From contig OY970342.1 of the NCBI GenBank assembly GCA_963717505.1, forward strand, positions 1,728,001 to 1,792,000: a stretch of 64,000 bases of DNA. The letters run 5' to 3'. The DNA is from Candidatus Eiseniibacteriota bacterium (GTDB taxonomy: Bacteria; Eisenbacteria; RBG-16-71-46). Positions within the stretch are counted from its first letter, which is position 1. The number at the start of each line of letters is the position of its first letter. Positions 36,919-49,591 of this stretch are shown here, piece by piece. Under the pieces are notes generated by a model. That model ran no database searches. It was not told the DNA's origin and was given only the letters and a program-made list of their open reading frames with translations. Position numbers and translations under genes: made by a program.

Positions 36919-39186
36919 ATGCTCGACCGTCCTTGCCCCCGACGCGCCATCTTCTTGACTGCGCTGGTCCCCGCCCTTCTGGCGCCGGGGATCGTCCGGG
37001 CCGCGGCTCCCCAGCCCGGCCCCCCGCTCACCATCGTCCGCTCGAATGGACCGATCACCCTGGACGGTGCTCTCACGGATCCCGGCTGGCAGGGCATTCC
37101 CGCCGTCACCCAATGGTTCGAGACTCGCGTCGGCGACAACGTCGAGCCCGCGGTCAAGAACGTCGGCTACCTGGCCTACGACGATCGCTACCTCTACGCG
37201 GCGTTCGAGTTCGAGGATCCCGATCCCAGGACGATTCGGGCTCCGATCGCCGACCACGACCAGCTCTCGGGACTGACCGACTACGGCGGCGTCATCGTCG
37301 ACGCCAGCAACGACGGCAAGACCGCGATTCTCTTTCTCGCGAATGCCAACGGTCTGACCTACGACGCCGTCAGCAACGACGCCTCGGGCGAGGACAGCTC
37401 GCCCGACTACTACTGGGAGTCGCGCGGCCGGATCACCGAGACCGGATGGAACCTCGAGATCCGGATTCCGTTCTCGTCCCTGCGCTACAGCAAGGATCCG
37501 TCGCCGACCTGGGGCATCATGCTCTACCGCAACTATCCGCGGGACCGGCACTATCAGTTCTTCACCGCCCGCCTGCCGCGTGACGTGAGCTGCTTCATCT
37601 GCAACTCGAGCAAGCTCACCGGGCTCAACGACCTGCCTCACGGATCGCACTTCGTCGTGGCGCCGTACGCGAGTGCTCAGCGCACGGACGAGCCGAGCGC
37701 CGGTCTCGGGTCCCCGCTCGAGGACGGTGACATCGACTCCGAGTACGGCGTCGACGCCAAGTGGAGCCCGTTCGCCAACACCGCGATCGACGGAACGATC
37801 AACCCGGACTTCTCGCAGATCGAGTCCGACGTCGCCCAGATCGCCGCCAACGAGCGGTTCGCGCTGTTCTATCCCGAGAAGCGACCCTTCTTCCTCGAGG
37901 GCATCGATCTGTTCTCGACCCCGCTCCAGGCGGTCTACACGCGTAGCGTGACCGCGCCGAAAGCCGGACTGCGTGCCACGGGTCGGCCCGGCACCACGTC
38001 GTTCACCGCGCTCGGCGTGCATGATCGTGGCGGCGGTCTCGTCATCCTTCCGGGCCCTGAGGGTTCGGGTGCGGCCCCGCAAGACTTCGAATCGGACGTC
38101 GGCATCTTCCGGTTGCGCCACGACCTCGGCCAATCGTTCGTGAGCCTGTTGGGCAACGGTCGAGTCATCGACGACGGTGGCGGCTACAATGCGGTCGTCG
38201 GTCCCGACTTCCAGTGGCGGCCACACCCGACCACTGCGATCACCGGCCAGGCGTTGTGGAGCAGCACCGAGACCCCCGATCGCACCGACCTCACGTCGGA
38301 TTGGGACGGCAGGACGCTCGAAGATCACGCCGCCCTGCTCCGCGGCTCGTACAGCACGTCGACCATCGACCTGTTCGTCCAGGGGCAGGACATCGGCGAT
38401 GACTTCCGTGCCGACCAAGGGTTCATGCCTCAGGTCGGATTCCGCGAAATCTACGGCGAAGCCGGCTTCACCATGCGCCCCGAGGACCGGTTCTACTCGC
38501 GCTTGCGCACCTTCACGTTCGGCTGGTACGACACGGACCTGTCGGGTGAGCTGCTGTCGCGCAGGGCATCGGTCGGCGCCGGAATGGACGCGCGCTGGAA
38601 CAGCTTCACGCGGGTCGAAGCCAACATCGAGGAGATCCGCGTCGGGGACGAGATCCTCTCGCGCGTTCGCCCCTACGTCTACGTTCAGACCAGCCCGGGT
38701 CGCGTGGTGAACAACATATCGATCGAGGCGTTCCTGGGGGAGGAGATCGACTTCGCCAACGCCCGCGAAGGCACCGGGACGACCCTCAACGGCAACCTCA
38801 CCGTGCGGCCGGGCAATCACCTCGATTTGCAGGCCAACGTCAGCACACGGTGGCTCAATGTCGACGACCCGGCGCTCGGCTCCGGACGCCTGTTCTTCGC
38901 GCAGGTCGAGCGCCTGCGGGCCGCGTGGTCGTTCAGCTCGCGCTCGTTCATTCGTCTGATCGGCCAGTACGTGCAGACAACTCGCGACCCGGCGCTGTAC
39001 ACGTTCGCGGTTTCCGAGAAAGATGCCGACTTCGGTTTTTCGGGGCTGTTCGCCTACAAGGTGAACTGGCAGACCGTGGTCTACCTCGGCTACGGCGACG
39101 CACAGACGTACAGCGGAACCAGCGATCAGCTGGAGGCCAGCGAGCGGCAGGCGTTCATGAAGCTGTCGTATGCACTCCAACGGTAG
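36919..39186 (+). CDS. CBM9-like / DUF5916 outer-membrane protein
   Basis: Signal peptide; ITLDGAL..PGW, YDDRYLY, WNLEIRIPFSSLRY, TINPDFSQIESD, FYPEKRPFFLEG, C-terminal MKLSY. Confidence 0.82.
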   Translation: MLDRPCPRRAIFLTALVPALLAPGIVRAAAPQPGPPLTIVRSNGPITLDGALTDPGWQGIPAVTQWFETRVGDNVEPAVKNVGYLAYDDRYLYAAFEFEDPDPRTIRAPIADHDQLSGLTDYGGVIVDASNDGKTAILFLANANGLTYDAVSNDASGEDSSPDYYWESRGRITETGWNLEIRIPFSSLRYSKDPSPTWGIMLYRNYPRDRHYQFFTARLPRDVSCFICNSSKLTGLNDLPHGSHFVVAPYASAQRTDEPSAGLGSPLEDGDIDSEYGVDAKWSPFANTAIDGTINPDFSQIESDVAQIAANERFALFYPEKRPFFLEGIDLFSTPLQAVYTRSVTAPKAGLRATGRPGTTSFTALGVHDRGGGLVILPGPEGSGAAPQDFESDVGIFRLRHDLGQSFVSLLGNGRVIDDGGGYNAVVGPDFQWRPHPTTAITGQALWSSTETPDRTDLTSDWDGRTLEDHAALLRGSYSTSTIDLFVQGQDIGDDFRADQGFMPQVGFREIYGEAGFTMRPEDRFYSRLRTFTFGWYDTDLSGELLSRRASVGAGMDARWNSFTRVEANIEEIRVGDEILSRVRPYVYVQTSPGRVVNNISIEAFLGEEIDFANAREGTGTTLNGNLTVRPGNHLDLQANVSTRWLNVDDPALGSGRLFFAQVERLRAAWSFSSRSFIRLIGQYVQTTRDPALYTFAVSEKDADFGFSGLFAYKVNWQTVVYLGYGDAQTYSGTSDQLEASERQAFMKLSYALQR

Positions 39187-39219
39187 CGGGGTCTCACCCG
39201 AACTCGAGTCAGAGCCACG

Positions 39220-39573
39220 ATGAGAGTGCTTCTAGCGATCTGGATACTCAGTGGCCTTGCGGTCTGCGCCGCCGCGCCGCCACGCGTGGTGCCCTATGCG
39301 GAGAGGACAGTGGCCGACTGGGATCCGGAGAAGGCGGTCGAGGAGGCACGGCGTGACCTCGCGGCAGGCACTCCAAAGATCTACCGCCACGGCGGGATCG
39401 TGATCGTTGAACCCGGCGTCGGTCCGGACCAGTTCGTGTTGACCAAGGGATTGCCGCGTGTCAACGCTGGTGTTGGATGCGTGATCGAGGGTGGCATCGA
39501 AATGCGCACGGCACAGGGCGAGTACGCCCGTCGCTACAACGAGTACGTGGTTCGGCATCTTTCAAAACGGTAG
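39220..39573 (+). CDS. Small exported hypothetical protein
   Basis: Hydrophobic N-terminus; GC...YN..V..HL pattern loosely like FEKKY-type domains; lower-GC codons. Confidence 0.55.
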   Translation: MRVLLAIWILSGLAVCAAAPPRVVPYAERTVADWDPEKAVEEARRDLAAGTPKIYRHGGIVIVEPGVGPDQFVLTKGLPRVNAGVGCVIEGGIEMRTAQGEYARRYNEYVVRHLSKR

Positions 39574-39617
39574 TTGCGTTCGTCATTGCCGATCGAGTCT
39601 TTCGTAGGAGAATGAAC

Positions 39618-39641
39618 GGCCGGCGAGTTTCCCCGCCGGCC
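39618..39641. terminator. Hairpin between convergent genes
   Basis: GGCCGGCG / CGCCGGCC inverted repeat. Confidence 0.4.
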
Positions 39642-39685
39642 ATTTGCACATTCCGCGCTTCTAGGCGCGGAACTCCGAGCCCCGT

Positions 39686-41782
<2,097 letters not shown>

Positions 41783-41960
41783 GATTCCTCCGGGGTCGGG
41801 TTCGGACCGAGGTCCGGGCGCGGCACGCCGGGATTTCCGCTCCGGGGGCCCTGCGGACGCAGGGCTCGCCGCACGCTGGTTATTCGATGTCGAAGGTAGC
41901 CCACAGCCCTGCGTCCCTCAACCGCGCTGGTCGTGGGAACCCGGGCGACGGTCGGGTTTC

Positions 41961-42668
41961 CTAGGATTTCTTGGGCTGGCTCGGCCGCATTTCGACCCGA
42001 CTGTAGAGCGCCCGGGTCGGGGAGCGCAGCAGATCGAGGACCACGGCGGCGACATCGGTGGCTTCCAACGCCCAGCCCGACTTCTGTGTGGAGCCGCGTC
42101 CGAACTCGGTGGCAACACTGCCCGGCATCAGGTACGAGACCCGGATGCCATCGTAGCGCACCTCCATCATCAACGCTTCGCTGAAGCCGTTGAGACCGAA
42201 CTTGCTGGCGTTGTATGCGGCGCCGTTTGCGAACGGATTCTTTCCCGCCAGCGACGAGATGTTGAAGATGTAGCCGCCACCGCGGCGCTTCATGTGCGGG
42301 ATCGCCTCGCGGCAGCAATAGAACACGCCGTTCAAGTTGGTCTCGACCACCGCGCGCCAGTCCTCGGGGTCCATCTCGGAGACCGGGTTGAAGATGCCGA
42401 TGCCGGCGTTGTTGACCAGGATGTCGACGCCGCCCGCGCGCTTCTCGACTTCGCGGAAAAGACGTTGGACCATCTCGTAAGAACGAACGTCGCACGCGAC
42501 CCCGAAGGCGTTGCCGCCGATCTCGGCCGCGGCCCGATCCGCCGCCGACTGGCCGCGCGCGGTCAGCGCGACGAGCGCGCCCTCATGGACGAGCGCCTCG
42601 ACGATCGCGCGGCCGATGCCGCGATTGCCGCCGGTGACCACCGCGACCTTGCCGTCGAGGAATCCCAT
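41961..42668 (-). CDS. SDR family oxidoreductase
   Basis: TGGNRGIG, NNAGIG, NISS, YNASK. Confidence 0.92.
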   Translation of the reverse strand: MGFLDGKVAVVTGGNRGIGRAIVEALVHEGALVALTARGQSAADRAAAEIGGNAFGVACDVRSYEMVQRLFREVEKRAGGVDILVNNAGIGIFNPVSEMDPEDWRAVVETNLNGVFYCCREAIPHMKRRGGGYIFNISSLAGKNPFANGAAYNASKFGLNGFSEALMMEVRYDGIRVSYLMPGSVATEFGRGSTQKSGWALEATDVAAVVLDLLRSPTRALYSRVEMRPSQPKKS

Positions 42669-42677
42669 GGGGAGATC

Positions 42678-43148
42678 CTACGACGCGGACTGGGCGCGCG
42701 CCACAATACGGCCGCCGGAACCCGATCTTTCGTTGAACTCGACGGCGTGGAGCGAGCAGGGGGCGACCGCCACCGACTGTCCGGTCAGGAGGTCGATCAG
42801 GAGTCCCAACATTGGTTGATGTCCGACCACGACCACGTATTCCCGCTCCTGGGCCGCGGCCGCGATCGCCGCCCACACCGAGGACGCATCGTCCTCGGAG
42901 ATCAGGTCGTCCAGGATCTCGACCGCGATCGTGATCTTCTGCTCCGCCACCAGGTGCGCCGCCGTCTGGCGGGCGCGGGTCAGCGGGCTGGTGAACACGA
43001 CATCGGGGCTCCAGCCCGTGACTCTGAGGCTGCGGGCCAGCGTGCGCGCCGCCGCGATTCCCTCGGTCGACAACTCGCGGCCCGCGTCGCCCTCGGGGCT
43101 CGCGGGCAACGCGTGCGCGTGGCGGATCAGGTCGAGACGGTGGATCAC
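42678..43148 (-). CDS. sixA: SixA-like histidine phosphatase
   Basis: LIRHAHA, D..RELS..G, TSPLTRARQTA, VVGHQP. Confidence 0.8.
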   Translation of the reverse strand: MIHRLDLIRHAHALPASPEGDAGRELSTEGIAAARTLARSLRVTGWSPDVVFTSPLTRARQTAAHLVAEQKITIAVEILDDLISEDDASSVWAAIAAAAQEREYVVVVGHQPMLGLLIDLLTGQSVAVAPCSLHAVEFNERSGSGGRIVARAQSAS

Positions 43149-43208
43149 CTGGAAATCAGGAGCGGCACGAAGCGCCAGCTCCGTGCCGCCCGATGGTGTG
43201 GACTTGGT

Positions 43209-43988
43209 TCAGTGGCCGCCACCCGAGGCGGGCGGCTCGATGTCGAAGGTGATCATGAAGCCATTGGTGTTCTTGAATTCATACTGCTTGTCGCCAGCGC
43301 GATACGCCTCGATGACGTTGGGCATCATCACGAAACCATCGTTGCTGGTGGCGCCCCAATACTTGAGGTTCTTGAGCACCATCGGCGTGGCCTTGTCGTC
43401 GCGCATCAGGTTCGACGCGTCGAGCCGGACCTCGGCAGTCTTGCCGCCGTCGAGCGTTGCGTAGGCGATGTCGCCCTTGTGCGTCCACTCCATGGCGCCT
43501 TCCGAGGTGGTCATCGAGTTCCACTTCACGGGGAACAGGGCGCCGCAGATCTCGCCGATCGCCTTGCGCTGCTCGGGGGTCGTGGCCTTGTCGAAGGTGA
43601 CTACCGCCCAGTCCATCTGGCCGTGCGAGAAGTCGCCCCCGAGGTCGCCGGCGATCCAGAACATCGCGCCGTCCAGCTTCACGTCGCCGTGATGACCCTT
43701 GTTGACCTTGTAGGCGTTGTTGAAGCGGCAGAAGTGCTCGCCGCCGCCGCCGTGATCGTGACCGGCTTCAGCGTGGTCTTGCCCGGCGGTTTCGGCCTGC
43801 TCGCCATGCGCCGCGGGCTTGGTGTTGAAGTAGCACTGGCAGAACATGGGGCACGAACAGGCCTCGATCACACTGGCGTTCATCGACCAGGCCTTCTTGC
43901 TTCCCTTTTCCTTGGCCTCCGCGCCGGCCGCCAGCGTGCCGACAGCGACCAGGATTCCAAGGGCGACCCCCAGGGAACGGAACTTCAT
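43209..43988 (-). CDS. Exported DUF1326-like metal-binding protein
   Basis: GGAGGAGG SD; signal peptide; EACSCPMFCQCYF, His-rich insert, GHHGDVKLDG. Confidence 0.72.
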   Translation of the reverse strand: MKFRSLGVALGILVAVGTLAAGAEAKEKGSKKAWSMNASVIEACSCPMFCQCYFNTKPAAHGEQAETAGQDHAEAGHDHGGGGEHFCRFNNAYKVNKGHHGDVKLDGAMFWIAGDLGGDFSHGQMDWAVVTFDKATTPEQRKAIGEICGALFPVKWNSMTTSEGAMEWTHKGDIAYATLDGGKTAEVRLDASNLMRDDKATPMVLKNLKYWGATSNDGFVMMPNVIEAYRAGDKQYEFKNTNGFMITFDIEPPASGGGH

Positions 43989-44037
43989 CGGTCCTCCTCC
44001 TTGTTGGGGAACGAGAAAAAACGGTGAACGGGCAGGA

Positions 44038-44066
44038 ATGCTAGGCGCATGGCCGCCGCCAATCAA
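44038..44066 (-). promoter_or_regulatory. Sigma70-type promoter for the DUF1326-sixA-SDR unit
   Basis: TTGATT-N17-TAGCAT on the minus strand. Confidence 0.5.
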
Positions 44067-44173
44067 CGCGAATCGGCCGTCTCGGAGGACCGGCGGGGTG
44101 CCCCGGCGGCCCCGGCCCGCGCACTGCCGGCCCGGGCCCGCAAGCGGCGTCTCTGCTAACCTGTGTGGCCCAA

Positions 44174-47100
44174 ATGAGCTTTCCGTTCCTCGATTCCCTG
44201 AGACGCCAGGTGCTGGTCTTCGACGGCGCCATGGGCACCCAGCTGCAGGCCGCGAACCTGGGGCCCGACGACTTTGGTGGTGCCCGCTGGGAAGGGTGCA
44301 TCGACTACCTGTCGGTCACCCGTCCCGACGTGGTCGCCGGGGTCCACGACGCCTACTTCGAAGCCGGTGCCGACATCATCGAAACCAATTCGTTCCAGGC
44401 CTCGAGGCTCAGGCTCGATGAGTGGGACCTGGGCGAGCGCACGCGCGAGATCAACCACGCCGCGGCGTCGATCGCGCGCGCCGCCGCCGACCGCCACACC
44501 ACCGACGGGCGCCCGCGCTTCGTCGCGGGGTCGATGGGCCCTTCGGGACTCCTGCCTTCGTCGGAAGACCCGGACCTCGGGAAATTCGGCTTCGAGCAGA
44601 TCCTGGCCGGCTTCCTCGACCAGGCCCTGGGTCTGGTCGAAGGCGGCGCCGACGTTCTGATCCTCGAAACCTGCCAGGACATGCTCGAGATGAAGGCGCA
44701 GATCCTGGCGGCGCGCGAAGCGATGAAGCAGCTCGGACGACAGGTGCCGATCCAGGCGTCGGTCACGCTCGATCCGACCGGTCGCATGCTGCTCGGCACC
44801 GACATTCGTGGCGCGCTGGCGACGCTCGAGGCGATGAGCGTGGACGTGATCGGGCTCAACTGCTCGACCGGCCCCGACCTCATGCGCGACGCGATTCGAT
44901 ATCTGTCGCAGAACGCGAGCACGCCGATCCATTGCATTCCCAACGCCGGGCTGCCTATCAACGACGGCGGCCGCACGCTCTACCCGATGCGGCCGGCGCC
45001 GATGGCCGACACGTTGCGCGAGTTCGTCACCGAACTGGGCGTCAATGCGGTCGGCGGCTGCTGCGGCACGACACCCGACCACATTAGGGCAGTGGTGGCG
45101 GCGATCGGCCGCGGCCGATCGCCGTCGCCGCGCCCCGGGCGCAGCGGCTGGTTCCTGTCGAGCGGCATGACCGCGACTGCGCTCCAGCAGGAGCCGCGCC
45201 CGCTCCTGATCGGCGAGCGGCTCAACACCCAGGGCTCGCGGGCGATCAAACGGTTGGCGCTCGAAGACAAGATCGACGAGATGGTGCCGATCGCGCGTTC
45301 GCAGGTCGAGGGTGGCGCTCATGCGCTGGATATCTGTATGGCGCTCACCGAGCGAACCGACGAGGCGTCTCAGTTGCGCCGGCTGGTCAAGAAGCTGTCG
45401 CTAACCACCGAGGCGCCATTGGTCATCGATTCGACCGAGGCGCCGGCGATCGAACAGGCGCTGCTCGCCTGCCCGGGATCGGCGCTGGTGAACTCCATCA
45501 ATCTCGAGAATGGCCGCGAGCGCGTCGATGCGGTCATGCCGCTGGTGGTTCGCTACGGCGCCTCGGTGATCGCGCTGACCATCGACGAACAAGGGATGGC
45601 CAAGACCGCGGAGCGCAAGCTCGAGGTCGCGCGCCGCATCCACGACATCGTCACCGGCGAGTTCGGCCTGCCCGCCGAGCGCCTGGTGTTCGACGACCTG
45701 ACCTTTACGCTCGCCACTGGCGACGAGGAGTTCACGCGCTCAGGTATCGAGACCATCGAGGGGATTCGCGCGATCAAGAAGGGCCTGCCGGGTGTGCTCA
45801 CCAGCCTCGGCGTGTCGAACGTGTCGTTCGGCCTGGGCGTCGAAGCGCGCGCGGTGCTCAATTCGGTGTTCCTCTACCACTGCGTCCAGGCCGGACTCGA
45901 CATGGCGATCGTCAACCCCGCACACGTCTATCCGTACGCCGAGATCGCCGAGGAGGACCGCCGGCTGGCCGAGGACCTGATCTTCGCCCGCGATCCGCGT
46001 GCACTCGAGTTCTACATCGCGCACTTCGAGGGTCGCACTCCCGAGGATCGTGCGCGCGAGGAGGACGCGGCCGAGGCGGCGATGAGCCTGGAGCAGAAGA
46101 TCCACTTCCAGATCCTGCACCGAAAGCCGGCCGGGATCGAGGCCCTGATCGACGAGGCCGTGAAGCGCCAGGACCCCGTCACCGTGCTCAACACCGTGCT
46201 GTTGCCGGCAATGAAGGAGGTCGGCGACAAGTTCGGTGCCGGCGAGCTGATCCTGCCGTTCGTGCTGCAGAGCGCCGAGGTCATGAAGAAGGCGGTCAGC
46301 CAGCTCGAAAACTACCTCGAGAAGAACGCCGACGTTTCCAAAGGCAAGGTGGTGCTGGCGACCGTCTACGGCGACGTCCACGACATCGGCAAGAACCTGG
46401 TGAAGACGATTCTGTCGAACAACGGCTACACGGTGTTCGACCTGGGCAAGCAGGTGCCGGTGCAGAAGATCCTCGACAAGGCGCGCGAGGTGGATGCTTC
46501 GGCGATTGGGCTGTCGGCGCTGCTGGTCTCGACCAGCCGCCAGATGCCGATCTGCGTCGCCGAGCTGCATCGTCAGGGCATGCAGGTGCCGGTGCTGCTC
46601 GGCGGGGCGGCGATCAACCGCAATTTCGGGCGGCGCGCGGCACTGGTCGATGGCGAGGTATTCCATGCGCCCGGCGTGTTCTATTGCAAGGACGCGTTCG
46701 AGGGCCTCGACACGGTGAACGCGCTGGGGGATGCCAAGGTGCGTGCGGAGCTGGTCGAGCGCGTGAAGCGCGAAGCGTTCGAGTTCAAGACCCAGGCCGC
46801 GGCGCAGGAGTCGCGCGCGGCCGCGGCGTCCGCGCAGCAGCAGGACTTCAAGGTCAAGGTGTCGCGTGCCGTCAGCATTCCGGCGCCGCCGTTCTGGGGG
46901 CCGCGGGCGACGGCGACCTCGTCGATCCCGTTCGCCGGGATGTTCGCGGGCATGGACCTGAAAACGCTCTACCGGTTGCACTGGGGTGCGCGCGGCAGCG
47001 GCGCCGAGTTCGACAAGCTGATTCGCGAGGACTTCGAGCCGAGGCGGCTGCGTCTCCAGCAAGAAGCCGAGAGCAAAGGCTGGCTGCGCCCGCAGGCGGC

Positions 47101-47674
47101 ATATGGCTACTTCCCGGTCCAGAGCGAAGGCCAGGACCTCGTGGTCTACGATCCCGCGAGCTTCACGCCCGGTACGCTGACGCCGCGCGGCAAGCTCGAG
47201 GAAGTCGTGCGCTTCAACTTCCCGCGTCAGGCCGAGCGCGAGGGCCTGTGTTTGTCGGACTACTTCGCACCCGCCGACGCCAGCAAGTTCGACGTGCTAG
47301 CCCTGCAGGTGGTCACGGTCGGGCCCAACGCCGACGAGTACCGCGCGGCTCTCGACAAACGCGGCGAGTACGCGCAGGCGCTGTTCGTCCATGGCCTGGC
47401 GGTCTCGGCCGCGGAGGGACTGGCCGAGTGGCACCACCAGAAGATCCGTGCCGAGCTGGGTCTCGATGCCGAGCGCGGCAAGCGCTATTCGTTCGGCTAC
47501 AGCGCATGCCCGGATCTGGCCGACCAGGCCAAGCTGTTCCAACTCCTGAAGCCCGAGGACGCGATCGGCGTGACGCTGACCAGCGCCTATCAGTTGGTAC
47601 CCGAAGCTTCGACCAGTGCGGTGATCGTTCATCACCCGGAGGCGATGTACTACATGGTGCGGGAGATGTCGTGA
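44174..47674 (+). CDS. metH: Cobalamin-dependent methionine synthase
   Basis: DGAMGT, GLNCSTGP, GGCCGT, IGERLN, GDVHDIGKN (B12 binding), RYSFGYSACP activation domain; start 44165 or 44174. Confidence 0.95.
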   Translation: MSFPFLDSLRRQVLVFDGAMGTQLQAANLGPDDFGGARWEGCIDYLSVTRPDVVAGVHDAYFEAGADIIETNSFQASRLRLDEWDLGERTREINHAAASIARAAADRHTTDGRPRFVAGSMGPSGLLPSSEDPDLGKFGFEQILAGFLDQALGLVEGGADVLILETCQDMLEMKAQILAAREAMKQLGRQVPIQASVTLDPTGRMLLGTDIRGALATLEAMSVDVIGLNCSTGPDLMRDAIRYLSQNASTPIHCIPNAGLPINDGGRTLYPMRPAPMADTLREFVTELGVNAVGGCCGTTPDHIRAVVAAIGRGRSPSPRPGRSGWFLSSGMTATALQQEPRPLLIGERLNTQGSRAIKRLALEDKIDEMVPIARSQVEGGAHALDICMALTERTDEASQLRRLVKKLSLTTEAPLVIDSTEAPAIEQALLACPGSALVNSINLENGRERVDAVMPLVVRYGASVIALTIDEQGMAKTAERKLEVARRIHDIVTGEFGLPAERLVFDDLTFTLATGDEEFTRSGIETIEGIRAIKKGLPGVLTSLGVSNVSFGLGVEARAVLNSVFLYHCVQAGLDMAIVNPAHVYPYAEIAEEDRRLAEDLIFARDPRALEFYIAHFEGRTPEDRAREEDAAEAAMSLEQKIHFQILHRKPAGIEALIDEAVKRQDPVTVLNTVLLPAMKEVGDKFGAGELILPFVLQSAEVMKKAVSQLENYLEKNADVSKGKVVLATVYGDVHDIGKNLVKTILSNNGYTVFDLGKQVPVQKILDKAREVDASAIGLSALLVSTSRQMPICVAELHRQGMQVPVLLGGAAINRNFGRRAALVDGEVFHAPGVFYCKDAFEGLDTVNALGDAKVRAELVERVKREAFEFKTQAAAQESRAAAASAQQQDFKVKVSRAVSIPAPPFWGPRATATSSIPFAGMFAGMDLKTLYRLHWGARGSGAEFDKLIREDFEPRRLRLQQEAESKGWLRPQAAYGYFPVQSEGQDLVVYDPASFTPGTLTPRGKLEEVVRFNFPRQAEREGLCLSDYFAPADASKFDVLALQVVTVGPNADEYRAALDKRGEYAQALFVHGLAVSAAEGLAEWHHQKIRAELGLDAERGKRYSFGYSACPDLADQAKLFQLLKPEDAIGVTLTSAYQLVPEASTSAVIVHHPEAMYYMVREMS

Positions 47675-48303
47675 TCGACGTGACTCCGGTGATGCTCGAG
47701 GGCCGGCGCGTCCGGATGGAAACGCTGAACCTCGCGCTGCACTGGGAAGGCCTGCTGGCGATCGGACTCGACCCCGATCTCTGGCGCTGGACGCTGAACT
47801 CGATCACCTCGCCGGAAGAGCTGCGCGCCTACCTCGAGACCGCGGTCGAGGAGCATCGCAGCGCGCGCTCGCTGCCGTTCGCCACCCGCGACCTTGCGAG
47901 CGGCCGGATCGCAGGCTGCACGCGGTTCAGCTCGATCGACCACGGGAACCGGCGGGTCGAGATCGGCTGGACCTGGGTCGGCCAGTCGTACCGGCGCACC
48001 TACGTCAACACCGAGGCCAAGTACCTGATGCTCGGGCACGCGTTCGAGCGCTGGGAGTGCAAGCGAGTCGAATTGAAGACGCACGTCAACAACGAGCGCT
48101 CGCGTAATGCCATGCTGCGGATCGGCTGTACCTTCGAAGGCGTGCTGCGCAACTACCAGACCGGCGACAAAGGCACGCGCGACACCGCAATATTCAGCAT
48201 CACCGACGGCGAGTGGCCCGAGGTGAAGGCCCGGCTCGAGCGCATGATGGAGCGCGAACCGACGGCCGGCGCGTCGGTCCAGAGCGGCACACCCACGCGG
48301 TGA
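47671..48303 (+). CDS. GNAT N-acetyltransferase (RimJ/RimL type)
   Basis: VEIGWTW, VNTEAKYLML.HAFE, RVELKT...NERSRNAMLRIG..FEGVLR; GTGA coupling to metH. Confidence 0.9.
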   Translation: MIDVTPVMLEGRRVRMETLNLALHWEGLLAIGLDPDLWRWTLNSITSPEELRAYLETAVEEHRSARSLPFATRDLASGRIAGCTRFSSIDHGNRRVEIGWTWVGQSYRRTYVNTEAKYLMLGHAFERWECKRVELKTHVNNERSRNAMLRIGCTFEGVLRNYQTGDKGTRDTAIFSITDGEWPEVKARLERMMEREPTAGASVQSGTPTR

Positions 48304-48615
48304 TCGCCGTCGTCACAGGCGCCACCGGCTCGCTTCGCGCGTCTGACAGCGCCGGCGTCCGCGGAGTGAAGTGATTGGGGGCGCGCAGCCGGTTCTGCCA
48401 AGGCGAGCCTCGGCGGTCCCAGCTCCCTCAATAACGCGCCCCACGCCAGCGCTTACAGCAATGGGCGTGCCTCGTTCCGGATGTCGAATGAGAGGCGCTA
48501 TCTTGCGCATTGAGCAGCATGTAGCCCGGGTCGACTGTCCGCCGCCGAGCCCGATGCGAGCGACGGAAGATGAAGGACTGGCGGATCCACCTGACGTGAT
48601 GTCAGGCATCGAGTG

Positions 48616-49587
48616 CTACCGTTCGAGGGCGCGCGCCAACTGGAACAAGTAAGGATCGATGGCCCGAGTGCGCCCGGCGACCTCGCTGAGCGGCGTGCGC
48701 GCGATCGCGCCGCGCAGCCAGCCAATCAGCACGCCATGGGCGCCTTCGTAGAGCGCGTCCACCGCGCCGGCTCCCAGGCGGGTCGCCAACAAACGGTCGA
48801 ACGCCGTAGGCGCGCCGCCGCGCTGAACGTGGCCCAGGGTGGTTGCGCGCAGCGTGAAACCGACGTTCTCGTGGTTCTGCTTCATGTGGGCGACCAGAGC
48901 TTCCGCATTCATCTTGGCGCCCTCGGCGACCACGGCCAGCGCATGGGTCTTGCCCCGCTGGTAGGCCCGGCGCAACGTGGCGATCACTTCTTCGGCGGTG
49001 TACTCCAGCTCGGGAATCACCACCGTCTCGGCGCCACCAGCGATGCCGGCCATCAGTGCCAGCATGCCGCATTCCCTACCCATGACCTCGACCAGGAACG
49101 CGCGCTGGTGCGACGAGGCGGTGACCTTGAGCCGGTCGATCGCTTCGAGCGCGATGTTGAGCGCGGTATCGAATCCGATCGTGGTGTCGGTGCCGACCAA
49201 GTCGTTGTCGATGGTCGAGGCCACGCCGACCACCGGCACCCCCATACGTGAAAGCTCGAGGGCCCCGGTCTGGGAGCCGTTGCCGCCGATCACCACCAGC
49301 GCGTCGATACCGCGCTGTTCGATCACGCGAGCGGCGCGCTGACGGCCGGCCTCGGTCTGGAATTCCTCCGAGCGGGCGCTGTGCAGCATCGTTCCGCCGA
49401 GCTGGATGATGCCGCCGACTGCCCGGACGTCGAGCGGAACCAGGTCGTCTTCGATCAGGCCGGCGTATCCCCGCCGCACGCCGTAGACATCCCAGTCGCG
49501 ATCGATTGCGCAGCGGGTCACGGCGCGGATCGCCGCATTCATCCCCGGGGCGTCGCCCCCCGAGGTCAGAACGGCGATCTGCTTCAT
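48616..49587 (-). CDS. pfkA: ATP-dependent 6-phosphofructokinase
   Basis: LTSGGDAPGMNAAIR, GGNGS, TIDND, EVMGR, LGHVQRGG. Confidence 0.95.
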   Translation of the reverse strand: MKQIAVLTSGGDAPGMNAAIRAVTRCAIDRDWDVYGVRRGYAGLIEDDLVPLDVRAVGGIIQLGGTMLHSARSEEFQTEAGRQRAARVIEQRGIDALVVIGGNGSQTGALELSRMGVPVVGVASTIDNDLVGTDTTIGFDTALNIALEAIDRLKVTASSHQRAFLVEVMGRECGMLALMAGIAGGAETVVIPELEYTAEEVIATLRRAYQRGKTHALAVVAEGAKMNAEALVAHMKQNHENVGFTLRATTLGHVQRGGAPTAFDRLLATRLGAGAVDALYEGAHGVLIGWLRGAIARTPLSEVAGRTRAIDPYLFQLARALER

Positions 49588-49591
49588 CGGG

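Noticed and set aside
43989-44173. SAM or cobalamin riboswitch upstream of metH
   Set aside because: No recognisable conserved core; the region is short and seems to hold two promoters. An Rfam scan would settle it.
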